In this document: one piece after another, positions 38,701 to 52,300 of the stretch
Numbering within the stretch: position 1 is the first letter of the stretch
Layout: each line of letters starts with the position of its first letter
NCBI RefSeq assembly: GCF_020745735.1
Contig: NC_083420.1
Coordinates: 51,217,931 to 51,281,930 of the forward strand
Length of the DNA: 64,000 bases
DNA from: Hemiscyllium ocellatum
Lineage: Eukaryota
Reading direction: 5' to 3'
Program-made: the position numbers and the translations under genes
Notes under the pieces: generated by a model
The model's input: the letters and a program-made list of their open reading frames with translations, nothing else
The model's database searches: none
Told to the model about the DNA's origin: nothing

Positions 38701-39309
38701 AGTTTCAAAATAGCAGTTGAGGTAATGTGAGGTTAGATCAAACACCAGATCTGTACTGCCCTAAAATTACAGTCTGTGAAAGCAACCATGAAAATGGGAG
38801 TCTGCTTTTCCTTCTTTTGACTTTGCCTTTGGCCGCACCTGAGGCACAGCCTTGAGCAACACTTGGTTTGTTTGACCCTGACATTTTCCACACCCAAGAA
38901 CATATTTTCAACTGTTAAGCTCGGAATCTATGTCTCCTATACAAATTCATATTCAGATAACTGCTACACTTGGTGACTTATTATAACAGCTTGTTGAATT
39001 GCACCCTTTGAGGATTTGTTTTCTTCCATTCAGGATAACATGGGTGTTATTGCCTAAGGCAGCATTTATCATCCATTATTAATTGCCCTGGAGTAGGTGG
39101 TGATGAGCTACTTCTTAAACTGCTGCAGTCCTTGGTACTGGTAGGAAGGGTGGTCCAGGATTTTGACCCATTATAAGTGAAGGAGCAATGACAATACTTC
39201 CAAGTTAGGACTGTGTGTGGCTTTGAGGGGCACTTGCAGGTATTGGCTAGACAGGTAAAGATGGAAGATTTCATTCCTATTAAGGAACTTGGGAGATTGA
39301 AAGGCATAA

Positions 39310-40115
39310 GAAAGTAGACATCAAATTAAATGGTCAACAGCTGGAACAAGGATCACAATGTAAGTATTTAGAATGTATCTTGTCATAAGGTGGTTATTGC
39401 CAAAAAAAAATCTAAGGTACAATAGCAATGTGGAAGAACGTATTCTCCAAGTTTAATGAAAGAGTACAAATCTTAAGAAAATAACGATGACGATGATATG
39501 AAGTGTTTTAATCTAGGCTTTTGAATCATTGACCTTAAGGAAAATAGGACAAAGTGAGGACTGCAGATGCTGGAGACCACAGTTGAAAAATGTGATGCTG
39601 GAAAAACACAGCAGGCCAGGCAGCATCCGAGGAGCAGGAGAATCGACGTTTCGGGCATAAGCCTTCTTCAAGAAGGGCTTATGCCCGAAACGTCGATTCT
39701 GCTGCTCCTCAGATGCTGCCTGGCCTGCTGTGTTTTTCCAGCATCACATTTTTCAACTTGAGGAAAATAGGCAATGAAAGATGAGAAAGTTGTCAAATGT
39801 AGTTTGGGGAAGGATGGAGCAGATCGGTTGGAAAGAACATAAGACTAATAAAGTAATTCTGGAGATGGTGGCAGAGGAAAAATTGTTTGTGACTATCACC
39901 ATGAAAAGGCAACAAGGTTGGATTGTCCATTTTCTGACACATGACAACATGCTAAAGGCGATTGAAGAAAAACTGGAGGGATGTCCACTAAGAGGGAGAA
40001 GGAGAATGATTATGTCAGATTACTTTAAATTGAAAATGGGAGGTTTATAAGAGCAATTTAAGAGGAAAGTATGAGAGATAGAGTAATGAACAGAGAACCT
40101 GTCCTTAGGCCGACT
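39310..40115 (+). mobile_element. RTE-clade LINE 3' remnant
   Basis: W.RMEQIGWKEHKTNKVILEMV..KRQQGWIVHFL.HD.ML..IE.KLEG...RGRRR matches the RTE ORF C-terminus; split by the Penelope palindrome at 39549. Confidence 0.75.
39549..39760. mobile_element. Penelope family B short palindromic insertion inside an RTE remnant
   Basis: Inverted arms centred near 39668, where both hammerhead cores are broken; TSD AGGAAAATAGG at 39538-39548 and 39761-39771. Confidence 0.88.
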
Positions 40116-41437
40116 TATTGCTACATTACTAAAGAATATTAGTGAGCCAAGTGGGTTTTTGCAATAAGTCGACAATTTCATGGTTACCATGATTGATAGC
40201 TGGACATTTACATTGAATTAACTAAAGGTAAATTTCCAACAGTGTAATGGCATTTGAATTTGTGACTCCAGATCACTAGTGAAGGCCTGCTTCAGTTGAA
40301 CAATTTCAGATTGTAGCCACTTCCCCTATTTTTTCATACAGACATTAACATTGAAAATATTGGAATCATTTACAACTTAAGAGTCATTTTTATCCCATCA
40401 AAAGCTTTGTCAAAAAGATCAGTTTAAGGAACATCTGAAAGGAAGATAGTGAGTTGGGAAGGTCAGGGTGGATATTCCAGAGCTTGAGCAAGGCTGACTA
40501 AAGACAGACATACCCTTTTGAGCATCCGCAGTCCTCACTTTTGCCTACAATAATTCAACGGCATCTGGATGGGTTATATGAATAGGAAGGGTTTAAGAGG
40601 GGTCTGGACCAAATGCTGGCAAATGAGACTACATCAGGTTGGGATGTTTGGTAGGCACAGATGAGTTTCCGTGCTGTATAACTAAGCTTACAATTCACGA
40701 CTGCATTTGCCAGGAAATAAATACGCTTCAGAAGGACTTCATTGATTACAAAACTGGGATGTTTGAAAGATGCTAAATAAATGAAAACTCTCTCTTTACA
40801 AGTTTCGAGACAGGAACATTAGTCATATTTATTACAGCAAAGAAACTGATTTGATGGGAGTTCTATGTCAGTTCAATAAATAGCTAGTATATTGCCATTT
40901 AGTCTTGGTTTTGTTTATTCATTTGAGATTTAAATACCACAGGCTAAACCATTTATTGCCCTCAGGATGTTGTTAACCTCCATAAACCTCTGCATTTCCT
41001 GTGCTGCAGGTACACCCTCTGCTGTTTGGAAGGCATTTTCAGGATTTTGATTCCAGCATCTGTAGTTTTGTTTTGGCTCTAACTAGGATTTTGACCCAGC
41101 AACAGTGAAGGATTGATGATATTGTTCTAAGGCAGAATATTGTGTGGCTTGGAAGGGAAGTTGCAGGCAAGGGTTGCTATACACCTGCTGCCTATATTTT
41201 TCCAGTTGTTAGACCTCTCAGTTTTGGAAAGTGCTGTCAAAAGCCTTAGTTTCTGCAGTGCATCCTGTGGATGTTACACACTACTGCCACTGAGTATGAA
41301 TGATGAAGGGATTGAATTTTTAAGATGCTGGATGGATGTCGATCAAGCACCTGATTGGTGTCAAACTTTTAATATCGTTGGAGCTGCATTCATCCCAGCA
41401 AATGAAGAATATTCCATCACACTGGTTTCTTTGAAAA

Positions 41438-42121
41438 TGTAATGATATAATAAGAGGTAAATGGATTCCTTCATATTTCCAACTAAGAAAGCAGTCTCAG
41501 TGGATGAAGATCCTGTCTATTAGAATTTCAATTGTTACAACCAGACCAGAACCCTTAAGCTTAGACCCTAATCTCTTTCTTATTTTAAAGGCAAATGTAA
41601 AGTGCTGTGATCCAGATGTAATTCCACTGGTCAAATTATTCATCATTAAGCAAAACAATTTAAACATCCTATAATTAAAATACAAAAAAAAGAAAAACAC
41701 AATAACTTAACTGTTTTAGAAAACTTGAGAATAATAGATACAGTAATTACTAATTAACTGCTCCAATATAGTAACATCCCATGAATACATCACTTGGCAA
41801 AAAGGCAAATTCAGAAATCAGATTTTCTCACGTACAACACCTACAGTAAGGAAGAGAAACCCTAGCTTCTGGCTGTAACAGAGAGGGCAAAGACGCTTCT
41901 ACTTTAGCAGCTTCTGCTGAATCCAAAAGCGAAGAAAAACCTAGAAATCGTGGTATGAGCGAACTGCCCACACCCTCCCAGGCTGCTTCTATTGTTCCAA
42001 CTTTTAAAAAAACTTAAGCCCTCACAAGCTATTTACATTACCACAGAATACTCAATACCTCTCGTTCAATCTCCCTCAAATTAGCACAAAATACACCTCC
42101 GAAAGCCACAGTATCGTCACA
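41438..42121. mobile_element. Probable solo LTR
   Basis: TG...CA ends with imperfect terminal inverted repeat (TGTAATGATA / TATCGTCACA); imperfect 4-bp flanks AAAA/AAAT. Confidence 0.45.
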
Positions 42122-42146
42122 AAATCCACCACCACATGGTCACTTT

Positions 42147-42692
42147 GAGTCATAGAGATCTACAGCACGGAAGCAGACCTGTCAGTCCAACTCGTCCATG
42201 CCGACCAGATATCCTAACCTAATCTAATCCCACTTGCCAGCACTTGGCCATATCCTCCTAAACTCTTCCTATTCTTTTACCCATCCAGATGCCTTTTAAA
42301 TGTTGTAATTGCATCAGCCTCCGCCACTTCCTCTGGCAGCTCATTGCATACTACCCTGTGTGTGAAAAAGTTGCCCCTTGTGTCCCTTTTAAACTTTTCC
42401 CCTCTCATCTTAAACCTATGCCCTCTAGTTCTGGATTCCCCCACCCCAAGAAAAAGACCCTATCCATACCCCTCATGATTTTATAAACCTATATAAGATC
42501 ACCCCTCAGCCTTAGATGCTCCAGGGAAAACAGCCCCAGCCTATTCAGCTTCTCCCTATAGCTCAAATCCTCCAACCCTGGCAATACCTTGTAAATCTTT
42601 TCTGAACCCTTTCAAGTTTCACAACATCTTTCCGATAGGAGGGAGATCAGAATTGCACACAATGTTCCATAAGTGGCCTAACCAATGTCTTG
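42147..42692 (-). mobile_element. HER1/CR1 LINE 3' fragment
   Basis: Reverse complement of the CR1 C-terminus and tail (GAGTCATAGAG start). Confidence 0.85.
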
Positions 42693-43139
42693 TAAAAAGG
42701 AACAAAATAATCCAAGTGCTGTGTATGAGTACTTCTTTTTAAAAAGAAATGTCCACATTAGCTTCTCTGTTACATTCCTTTCTTATCCAACACACACTGG
42801 AATCAATCAAGTAAACATGTTACCTGTCACCATATAGATAATGCTGCTGCTCTATAAGCAGTCATCGATATATAGAAGAGCTAACGTGCATATTTTCAAC
42901 ATTGTCAAGATGTTACTTGGTGGCTCATTGTGCCTTCATCTGAGTTTCTGCATTATGAAGAAAACTTTGACCCACATTTTCCCGATCATCTTAATTGAGG
43001 CCTCATGTTGCTGTGAGGAGCATCACTCAATTTAAAAAAAAATACAAGAACCTTAAACAAAACCTTTGAAGCAATCCATTTCAACAATTGAGGAATAGAA
43101 GGTAATACTATGAACATACTGGGAATGAGATTAAATAAG

Positions 43140-43254
43140 GACACAAAACAAGGCAGATTTTGTTAAAAAATATTTATTAAATTGGATAAAAATTAACACA
43201 TGACAATCATAAGGTAATTTAGGTTTCAAGAGTAGAATTTCTGCAACTTTTATT
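43140..43254 (-). terminator. Probable CPSF4 polyadenylation region
   Basis: Minus-strand AATAAA at 43249-43254 and 43173-43178; the latter is followed by a U/GU-rich element (TTGTTTTGTGT). Implies a 3' UTR of about 1 kb. Confidence 0.55.
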
Positions 43255-44217
43255 GCATTTTTCTTCTGCCACAAAGCTAAAAGCTTCTTTCCTATAAAAT
43301 GTGATAACGCACAGGGCAAATCAATAAGACATCCTAGCAAGTAATTCTACGTGACCTAAAGTAACCCTCATCAATCATTATTTTGCTAATCCAACAGACA
43401 TATTTGTTTCCAAGTTTGATATCTAGCCAGGATTTTCTGTTGGCTTTCACATCAATGTGAGGTTGAGTATCAGAACACTATTCCAGTGCCTGGTGCGAAT
43501 CCATTCATTGAAATATGACTAAGGATGTTCTCCGCTCCTTTCCCTACCACTTTTATATACATAAATCTCAAATGTCTAAATTCAGAGCATCTCAATAACA
43601 GCTCCGCTAGAGAAAAGGATCAGACTTGTATTAGACACTGAGACCAACCAAATTTATGGTTCTCTACAGAGAACAGCAGATCTGCTCAATGCTTTGAATG
43701 GATGCTACCAGAATTGAGAGGTATGCCTGTAAAAGGCCTCTAAAAACATTACAAACAGCTTCAGCTCAATACATGACTCAAAACTGCCCTCACAATTGGA
43801 GAAACAAAAAAAAAGTAATTCACAAATTGTGAGATATAAAGATCACAATCTAGCAATCTGCTTTGTTCTCTCCCTCAGTTTCTTGCCAATTAAATCCACT
43901 GCCAACTCTGTACTTATTTTCACTGAAAAAGTCGGAGCTGAAGGACATTAAAGGCTATGGCTGGAAACATTACAAGTAGAAGCTATTCAAAGTAGCTTTT
44001 CTTCACGGTGTAGTGCTTCCTGACACCAAACTTTAAAACAGCGCACATATTTCAGTAACAAGTGTCACAATGTGCATAAAGGGGCTCGGGAGGTGGGGAG
44101 AAAAAAAGATAAATTAAGTTTTCCAACTCCCAACCCCATCCAAGAATAATGTACATTCCAATCAGGGCATTAATAGAACTGGAGAGTTTTCCAATGTGTT
44201 GTTCACCAATGACTCTG

Positions 44218-44286
44218 CTACTGACCGCTAAGAAATGCCAAGTGTCCTTTGGTACATCGATTAGCATAATGTCCTTTCTCACCACA
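44218..44286 (-). CDS. CPSF4: CPSF4 last coding exon (zinc knuckle end and stop)
   Basis: CGEKGHYANRCTKGHLAFLSGQ-TAG. The eight exons sum to 819 nt = 272 aa + stop. Confidence 0.97.
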   Translation of the reverse strand, partial: CGEKGHYANRCTKGHLAFLSGQ

Positions 44287-45574
44287 CTGGGGAAAAAAAC
44301 ACAAGAATTTATTTCAAGATCAGAAATCGGTAGACTACAAAGTCGGTTATAGAATACAATAATAGCAGCACACATAGGTCATCATTATTAGGTGTTAGAT
44401 TCTGACAGAAGCACAATGAGAAAATTCACACTCCACTCTGTTTCTTTTAATTAATAAAGAAGCATTAACTAGGACAACACAATTCATTTTGCACTGATCC
44501 AAGGATCAATATGCGATCAAATGATTTTTCCTTTCATAAGATATACCAGATATAACGCTGAAATATATTTTAAATGAAGTAAACGCATTTGAATGTTGAT
44601 AATAAGTGTACTAGACTGTATGTAATAGGTGAAGTAAGAACCCATCATTACCAAATCAAATGGGGTCAAAATATTCCAAACAATGGCAATTACAACGTCG
44701 ATGTGACCAAATGCCCTCTGAAATAGTCTAGCAAGCCACTGAGTTGTATCAGTCCTATGAAATCTCAATGTAGAAATGAAGCTGAATGGATCAACAGGTA
44801 TCTATCTGGGTACTGGAAATGACCTTTCGGTTCAAGACAGCAGCTCACCACTACTTTCTCAAGGGCAACTAGGGACAAGCAATAAATGGTGGCCAACCAG
44901 CAACACCTATCTCCTGCAAGTGAATAAAATAGCAGTGCCATGTGGTTAACCTCTGTTCCTATCTCTTGTTTGTTATATTCAATATACCAGACTTGTACTT
45001 CATAGATTATTTCCAAGTAAATTATCACTAATGACTTTTCAAACTTAATTGTCCTCAATAGTCTGGAATAAAGTACCAGAGTGAATGACACTCATAACTC
45101 AAGTCAAAGCAGCTGGCTTGATCACAACCCATCCATCATCTTAAACATTCACTCACTCCACAATGGGGAGTAAAATGTACAATGTACAAATGCATGCAGC
45201 AACTTGATGGATAAAAGCAGCAGATGAATGGGAACATCAACACCTGCAAGTTCTGCTCCAAGCCAGAGTCCACCCTGATTTATACAGTTCCATCAATGTA
45301 ATCGGATCAAAAACATGGAACTTATTGCCCAACAGTAATGTGGGCATACCTATACCAAATGGACTGAGGGCCAAACGTAACAGGATTTGTTTAGTTGGGA
45401 ACATGGTCGCCCGGACTAGCTGAATTGAAGGGTCTGTTTCCATGGTATAAAGAGAGGTTAGCATTATGTTCCAGAACAATTGACAATGGGTGATGAATGC
45501 TAGTCATTAAAAACGGAGGGTATGATTGCTTCATTAGGTGCATTCTCCTTAATATTGTCTCTACCAGAGTTTAC

Positions 45575-45917
45575 TCATAGAATCCCTTCAGTGTGGAAAC
45601 AGGCGATTCAGTCCAATAGTCCATACCGACTCTCTGAAGAACATCCCACCCAGACTAACCCCCTACCCTGTAATCCTGCATTTCCCATGGCTAACCCGCC
45701 TAACCAATACATACCTGGACACCACAGGCAAATTAGCACGGCCAATCCACCTAACCTACACATCTTTGGACTGTGGGAGGAAATCAGAGCACCCAGAAAA
45801 AACCCACATAGACACAGGGTGAAGATGCAAAGTGCAAACAGTCACCCAAAGCTGGAATCGAACCCAAGTCCCTGGCGCTGTGAGGAAGCAGTACTAGCCA
45901 CTCAGCCACTGTGCCCT
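45575..45917 (-). mobile_element. HE1-type SINE in CPSF4 intron 7
   Basis: Head GGCACAGTGGCTGAGTGG..GGTTCGATTCC, central core and CR1-like tail. Confidence 0.85.
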
Positions 45918-46111
45918 CACCTAAAAATAGTCAATCAACATTCTCCTATCACAATGCTGGCTCTCCCTTAAATTTGCATTCTTGCAAAACATCCCGATGA
46001 GTGAAAGATATGAAGCTTCGCTTTCAGCAATACACCCATGAGTAACTAAATCATCTTCACTTCTAAAATTATTTCTCAACAACAAAGAACCATCAAGTAG
46101 CTGGCATTCAC

Positions 46112-46288
46112 CTTATAACACGTGACTTGCTCTAATGGTCTAGGGCCTCGATTCGACAATGTCTGAAATTGAGATTGTTGCACTGATCCACTTGATTGCG
46201 TGTTTGACTTCTGCTGCCCTACAATTATGTTGGTGCTAGGTATCTGTACCAGTGAGGATGACCGCTGAAGAAACGGAGTAAGACTCTG
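46112..46288 (-). CDS. CPSF4: CPSF4 coding exon 7
   Basis: QSLTPFLQRSSSLVQIP...NRGPRPLEQVTCYK; long pyrimidine tract plus tacagCAG acceptor, GTGAAT donor; 177 nt. Confidence 0.93.
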
Positions 46289-46518
46289 CTGTAAAGAGAG
46301 AAAAAAAAACATATTGGCACAGGATTGCCTAAACTATGCATCATGAGCTGATATGCAACTTGGTAAAAATATTTTAAAAATTACAATGCTAAATTTAAAA
46401 AAAATCAAACTACATAAACTTAATTCTCAGTCATACTGGTGTATCTCCAGATTATAGCCTGAACCCATGACATTTAAGACAAGAGTGCTATCATTAAAGT
46501 CAGGTTGAAATTTCTAAC

Positions 46519-46899
46519 GAGTCTGTTTGAGAACGTGGCTGAAGAGTTTCTGTGCAGAGGAGATGACCTGGGGGGTGCAGTGAGAGAGGGACTCACTGAA
46601 ATCCTTGTAGAGGGAGGAAGAGAGCTTCTTCAAGGAAGGCATCCTTGTAAGAGGATTCGCAGTAGGTTAAAATCTTCGAGTAAAAAATGAGGTCTGCAGA
46701 TGCTGGAGATCACAGCTGCAAATGTGTTGCTGGTCAAAGCACAGCAGGCCAGGCAGCATCTCAGGAATAGAGAATTCAACGTTTCGAGCATAAGCCCTTC
46801 ATCAGGAATGATGAAGGGCTTATGCTCGAAACGTCGAATTCTCTATTCCTGAGATGCTGCCTGGCCTGCTGTGCTTTGACCAGCAACACATTTGCAGCA
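46519..46899. mobile_element. Penelope family B palindromic insertion in CPSF4 intron 6, with the element's putative ORF start
   Basis: 15-bp TSD GTTGAAATTTCTAAC (46504-46518, 46900-46914); ~90-bp inverted arms centred near 46806; minus arm runs on into ATG-PSLKKLSSSLYKDF. Confidence 0.9.
46774..46809 (-). ncRNA. Minimal type I hammerhead, sense to the CPSF4 pre-mRNA
   Basis: Minus strand ATTC-CTGATGA-A-GGGC-TTAT-GCTC-GAAA-CG-TT-GAAT; the GUU triplet obeys the NUH rule. Confidence 0.75.
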
Positions 46900-47700
46900 G
46901 TTGAAATTTCTAACCTCCTCTTTAATGGTTTTTAAAATCATACTTTAGACAATTCAGTCATTCATGAATTTCTTCCTTCTCTGAGATTATTAGCAACACA
47001 AGGATTAAATGTTGCTGTAGAATGATCTGTAGGTGCTAGTAATACCACACAACCGTCCATTCTTCACCCCTGAGCTCTAACAGGATAGGCAGGCTACCTG
47101 AGCAATTGTCCAGGACCAGGCGATCTGGAACTAAGTCCCATCTGGTCCCAGAAATCATAATAAGATGTTGTAGTTACATCTCTGAACAAGATGATAAGAA
47201 AATATCTATCTATTGTCCAGCTTTATTCTGTCCTTGCTCAACCCAATACTGTTTAAACTATTGTTGTTTTAGCAGGAACAATAACTCATTCTGGCGAATG
47301 GTTAATGAAACCAGTATAATACTTACTGGGCCCTCTAAAATAGCAAAGTACAAGGATCATTTGGTGTTTTTTGCTCTGTATGATTTAGTTCAACACCATA
47401 TATCTAGATACTGTCCTGTTAAGATGCAGTGGTAACACAGTTGACCCCAAGGACATAGTATAGACGGAGAGTGGGAGCCGAAAGAATTTTGGTGGAGTTG
47501 ACATACATCTTTAATACCCAGGAAGGGAAAGTAAAGCAACGCAACATAATTCAATCGCCTGAAAAAATACAATCACTCTGCAAAGGCTGAGGACAGAGAT
47601 TCTTCCAGATTCATAAGCTATCCCAGCAATTAGTGAATGGGAGAGAGTAGCGTAGCAAATAAATAATCTTGAAAAGGAATGGACCATAGCTGAGGCTCAC

Positions 47701-47776
47701 CTTTTGAAGTATCTGTTGCTGTTGCTGTAACGGTGGTTGGTCAACACCAGTACCCATTGGCAGCTCAAAACGAGGA
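47701..47776 (-). CDS. CPSF4: CPSF4 coding exon 6
   Basis: PRFELPMGTGVDQPPLQQQQQILQK; ctcctgatcag acceptor, GTGAGC donor; 76 nt, in phase with exons 5 and 7. Confidence 0.95.
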
Positions 47777-49384
47777 CTGATCAGGAGAAAATAAAAGCAG
47801 TGTCATTCTCAACAAATCCCTAGAGCCACCTGCATGGAAGGCAAGCAATGAAAAAGGCCAGCATTGAGATCCTGTGAAGTACTTTAATTAAGGTCAGTGC
47901 TTCCTGACACCCAGGGCATATGCACTAGAGGGTGATGGGAATCTGGAATGCACTGCCTGGGAGAATAGTTGAGGTAGGAAACCCTAACTTTTAAGTAGTG
48001 TTTGGATAAGCACTTGATATATCAGAACATTGGGCTGGAGATTGGGACTAGTTTAACTTTGTCACTGCAGACTCTTTATGTACTGTAAGATTCTAGAAGT
48101 GAAATCTTTCAAATATATTTAAATAAAAAATGATTAAGACCTAACAAATACTTAAAAATGGAAAGAACAGAATGAAAGAGTATATTGCTGAATAGGAAAA
48201 AAAAAGTTAAACAAAGTAGAATTATCTTTAAAAGTCAGCTTTCTGTTTTGCTTGTTCGCAATTTGAGAAAATCAGAGGTGAGGATGTACAGTTGACATTC
48301 GCAATAGGATCACTAGTGTCAGCAGACATATCGGTAATTAAATCAAAGCATAAAATTCGAATAAAAGGCTTATGGCTTCTTGCATTTCAGTTTAACATGA
48401 AGGACACAGAGGTTCAATCGCACCTGCACTGACTTCTCAAATCAGCATCATTACCTCGTACCAATCACTTGCTTTTGCCCCATTCCCTTGCACTTTGTTT
48501 AGATCCAAATAATCATCTAATAGCCTCTTGAGTGTCTCAACTGAACCTACCTCCACCACAGTTTCAACGGTGCATTTAATATACTTCCTACTCATTGAGT
48601 GAAAAAGATTTCCTTATCCCTTCTTGCTTTCTCTGAAAATCAATTTATATCCACGTCCTGACACAGAGTCTGCAAATAGAAAAGAAGCCACACGGCCCAT
48701 TGAGTCTGTGTTGGTCAAAAACAACTACCTAACTATTCTAATCCCATTTCCCAGTGCTTGCCCCATAGTCTTAGGTGCCTCGGATATATCTATGCACCCA
48801 GACATTGATTCCTCCACCAATAAAAAAAGTTCCTTCTTGTCTACTCTCTCCCCTCAATTTTTGTACATCTCGATCATATAGTTCTCTCAATGTCTTTTGC
48901 TTCAAGGAAGACAACCCCAACCTCTCAATCTCTCATCATAACTGAAAGTCTCCAGCCCAGGGAACATCCTGATAAATCTCCTCTACACCCTCCACAGCTA
49001 TCATATCACTCCTATAAACGCAGACTCTAGGACTGCACACAATATTCTAGCCATCATCTAACCAACATTTTATACAGTTCCAGCACAAGCTCCCGGCTCT
49101 TAAACTCTTGTGCCTCAGCTAATAAAAGTATCATATAATCACTTTATCTACCTGCCAGCTACCTGAAGGAACTGGTGAAACAAGCTCACCAAGGTTCCTT
49201 TAATCCTTGATACTTCTCAGGATCCTACCATTTGTCATGTATTCCCTTACCTTCTTTGTCCTGTCCAAGTGCATCATCTCGCACTTACTGGATTAAATTC
49301 CATTTGCCACTCATCAGCCTATCAAGATCCTCCTGCAATATCTAAAGTAATCTTCCTCACAATCTATCACCCCACCAATTTTCC

Positions 49385-52300
49385 TATCATTTTATAATTA
49401 TGGGGACAGATAGTATCCTTTGCAAGCTGGATATGGAGTCCTGCATGATGTGTTGCTTGCCTGGTGCCAGGGTGCAGGGCATCTCTGACCAGCTTGAAAG
49501 GATATTGGAGTGGGAGGGAGAAGATCCAGACGTTGTAGTCCATCGTGGCACGAACAACATAGGCAAGGCTAGGAAGGAGCAACAGTTTAGGGATTATCAA
49601 GCATTAGGAAGGAAATGGAAGAACAGTTCCTCGAGGGTCCTAATCTCTGGATTACTGCTCCAGCCACATTCTAATTGGCATAGGGATAAGAAAATAAGGG
49701 AAGTACGGTCTCCACATGGACCTATCTGGAACCAGTGTTCTAGTGAAAAGGATAAATAGGGTGGTCACTAGAACTTTAAACTTGTGAGTAGGGGAAGGGA
49801 AAGGGAAAGCGACAAAGTATGGAGTCAAGTAGAAAGATAAGCAGCAGGTTAACGCCTACAAGGTTTAAGTTCAACACAGACTAGGAATGAAGCAAAAAGG
49901 ATGGATAACTTAAGACGTATTACTAGAGATGTTGGAAGTCACGAGGCTAAGAAAATTAGCAATAAGGAGCTTCACTTGAATGTTTGTAGTATTCGTAACA
50001 AAGTAGATGAATTAACGACCCAAATCATCGTGAATGAGTACGATATGGTAGGCATCACAGAAATGTGGTTGCAGAGAGCTCAGGACAGTTAAACATCCAA
50101 GGATCGAAAAGACAGGGAGGTGGGCAGAGGAGGCGGGGTTGCCTTGTTAGTTAAGAATGAAATTAAATCTATGGCACTGAATGACATAGGGTCAGATGGT
50201 GTGGAGTCTGTGTGGGTGGAGTTGAGGAACCACAAAGGCAAAAAAACCATAATGGGAGTTATGTACAGACCTCCCAGCAGTGGTCAGGACCAGGGACGTA
50301 AGATGTACTGGGGAATAGGTAAGGCAAGTCAGAAGGCAAGGTCACGGTGATCACAGGGACTTCAATATGCAAATACACTGGGTGAATAATGTTGCCGGTG
50401 GAGCCAAAGAAAGGGAATTCATGGAATGCTTACAGGATGGCTTTTTGGAACAGCTTGTGATGGAGCCCGCAAGGGAGCAGGCTATTCTGGACTCAGTGCT
50501 ATGTAATGAGCCAAACTTTATAGAAGATCTTAAAGTAAGGGAGGCAGCGATCATAATATGGTAGAGTTCAGACTGCAGTTTGAAAGGGAGAAGGCAAAAT
50601 TGGATGTAATGGTGTTCCAGTTAAATAAAGGTAATTACAAAGGCATGAGAGAGGAACTGACGAAAATCGACTGGAAGCAGAGCCTCATGGGAAAGACATT
50701 AGAGCAATAATGGCAGGAATTTCTGGGTGTAATTGAGGCCACAGTGCAGAGGTTCCTCCTAAAGAAAAGAAAGATTCTCTGGCAGGGGGTATTAGACAGC
50801 CATGACTGACAAAGGAAGTCAGGAAATGTATCAAAAAAAAGAGAGAGCTTATAAAGTGGCCAAGAGCACTGGGAAATCAGAAGACTGGGAAGACTACAAA
50901 AACAAACAGAGGATAACAAAGAGAGAAATAAGGAAGGAGGTGATCAAACATGAAGGTAGGCGAGCCAATAATATTAGAAATGACGGTAAAAGTTTCTTTC
51001 AATACATAAGAAACAAACGAGAGGCAAAAGTAGACATGGGGCCACTCCAATTAATGCAGGAAGGCTAGTGCTGGGAGAGAAGGAAATAGCTGAAGAACTT
51101 AAGTTCTTTGCACAGCCTTCACAGTGGAAGACATGAGTAATAGCCCAACAAATAAGGAGAGTTGGGGGCAAAGTTGAGCATGGTAGCCATTACAAAAGAG
51201 AAAATGCTAGAAAAGGTAAAAGGTCTAAAAATTGATCTGACATTCTAGAATTCTGAGGGAAGTGCCTGAGGAAATAGCGGAGGCATTAGTTATGACCTTT
51301 CAAAAGTCACTGAATCCAGGGAAAGTTCCAGATGATTAGAAAGTCTCTGTTGTGACCCTCTTGTTCAAGAAAGGATCAAGACAAAAGATGGAAAATTATA
51401 GGCTGAATAACCTAACCTCAGTTGTTGATAAAATTCTAGCATTCATCGTTAAGGATGCGATTTCTAAATTCTTGGAAGTGCAGGGTCGGATTAGAACAAG
51501 TCAGCATGGATTTATTAAGGGGAAGTCATGCCTGACAAATCTTTTAGAACTCTTTGAAGAGGTAACAAGTAGGTTAGACCTGGGAAAGCCAGTGGATGTT
51601 ATCTATCTAGACTTCCAAAAGGTCTTTGATAAGGTGCCTCACGGGAGGTTGCTGAGTAAGGTGAGGGATCATAGTGATCGAGGTGAGTTACTGGCATGGA
51701 TCAAGGGTGGCCATCTGACAGAACGTAGAGAGTTGGGATAAAAGGTTCTTTTTTGGAATGGCAGCTAGGACAAGTGGTGTCCTGCAGGGTTCTGTTTTGG
51801 GGCTGCAGCTGTTCACTTGATATATTAATGATCTGGATGAAGGGACTGGAGGCATTCTGGCGAAGTTTGATGATGACATGAAGTTAGGTGGACAGACAGG
51901 TAGTTCCGAGATGGTGGGGAGGCTGCAGTAAGATTTAGACAGTTTAGGAGAGTGGTCCAGGATATGGCTGATGAAATTCAACTTGAGCAAATGCGAGGTC
52001 TTACACTTTGGAAAAAAGAATACAGGCATGGATTATTTTCTAAACAGTGAGAAAATTCATAAGCCAAAGTACAAAGGGACCTGGGAGTGCTAGTGCAGGA
52101 TTCTCTAAAGGTTAACTTGCAGGTTGAGTCAGTGATTAAGAAAGCGAATATAATGTTGTCATTTATCTCAACAGGGTTGGAATATAAAAGCAGCAATGTG
52201 CTTCTGAGACTTTATAAAACTCCAGTTAGCCCCCATTTAGAATACTGTGTCCAATTTTGGACCCCACACCTCAGGAAGGATGTACTGGCACTGGAGCGTG

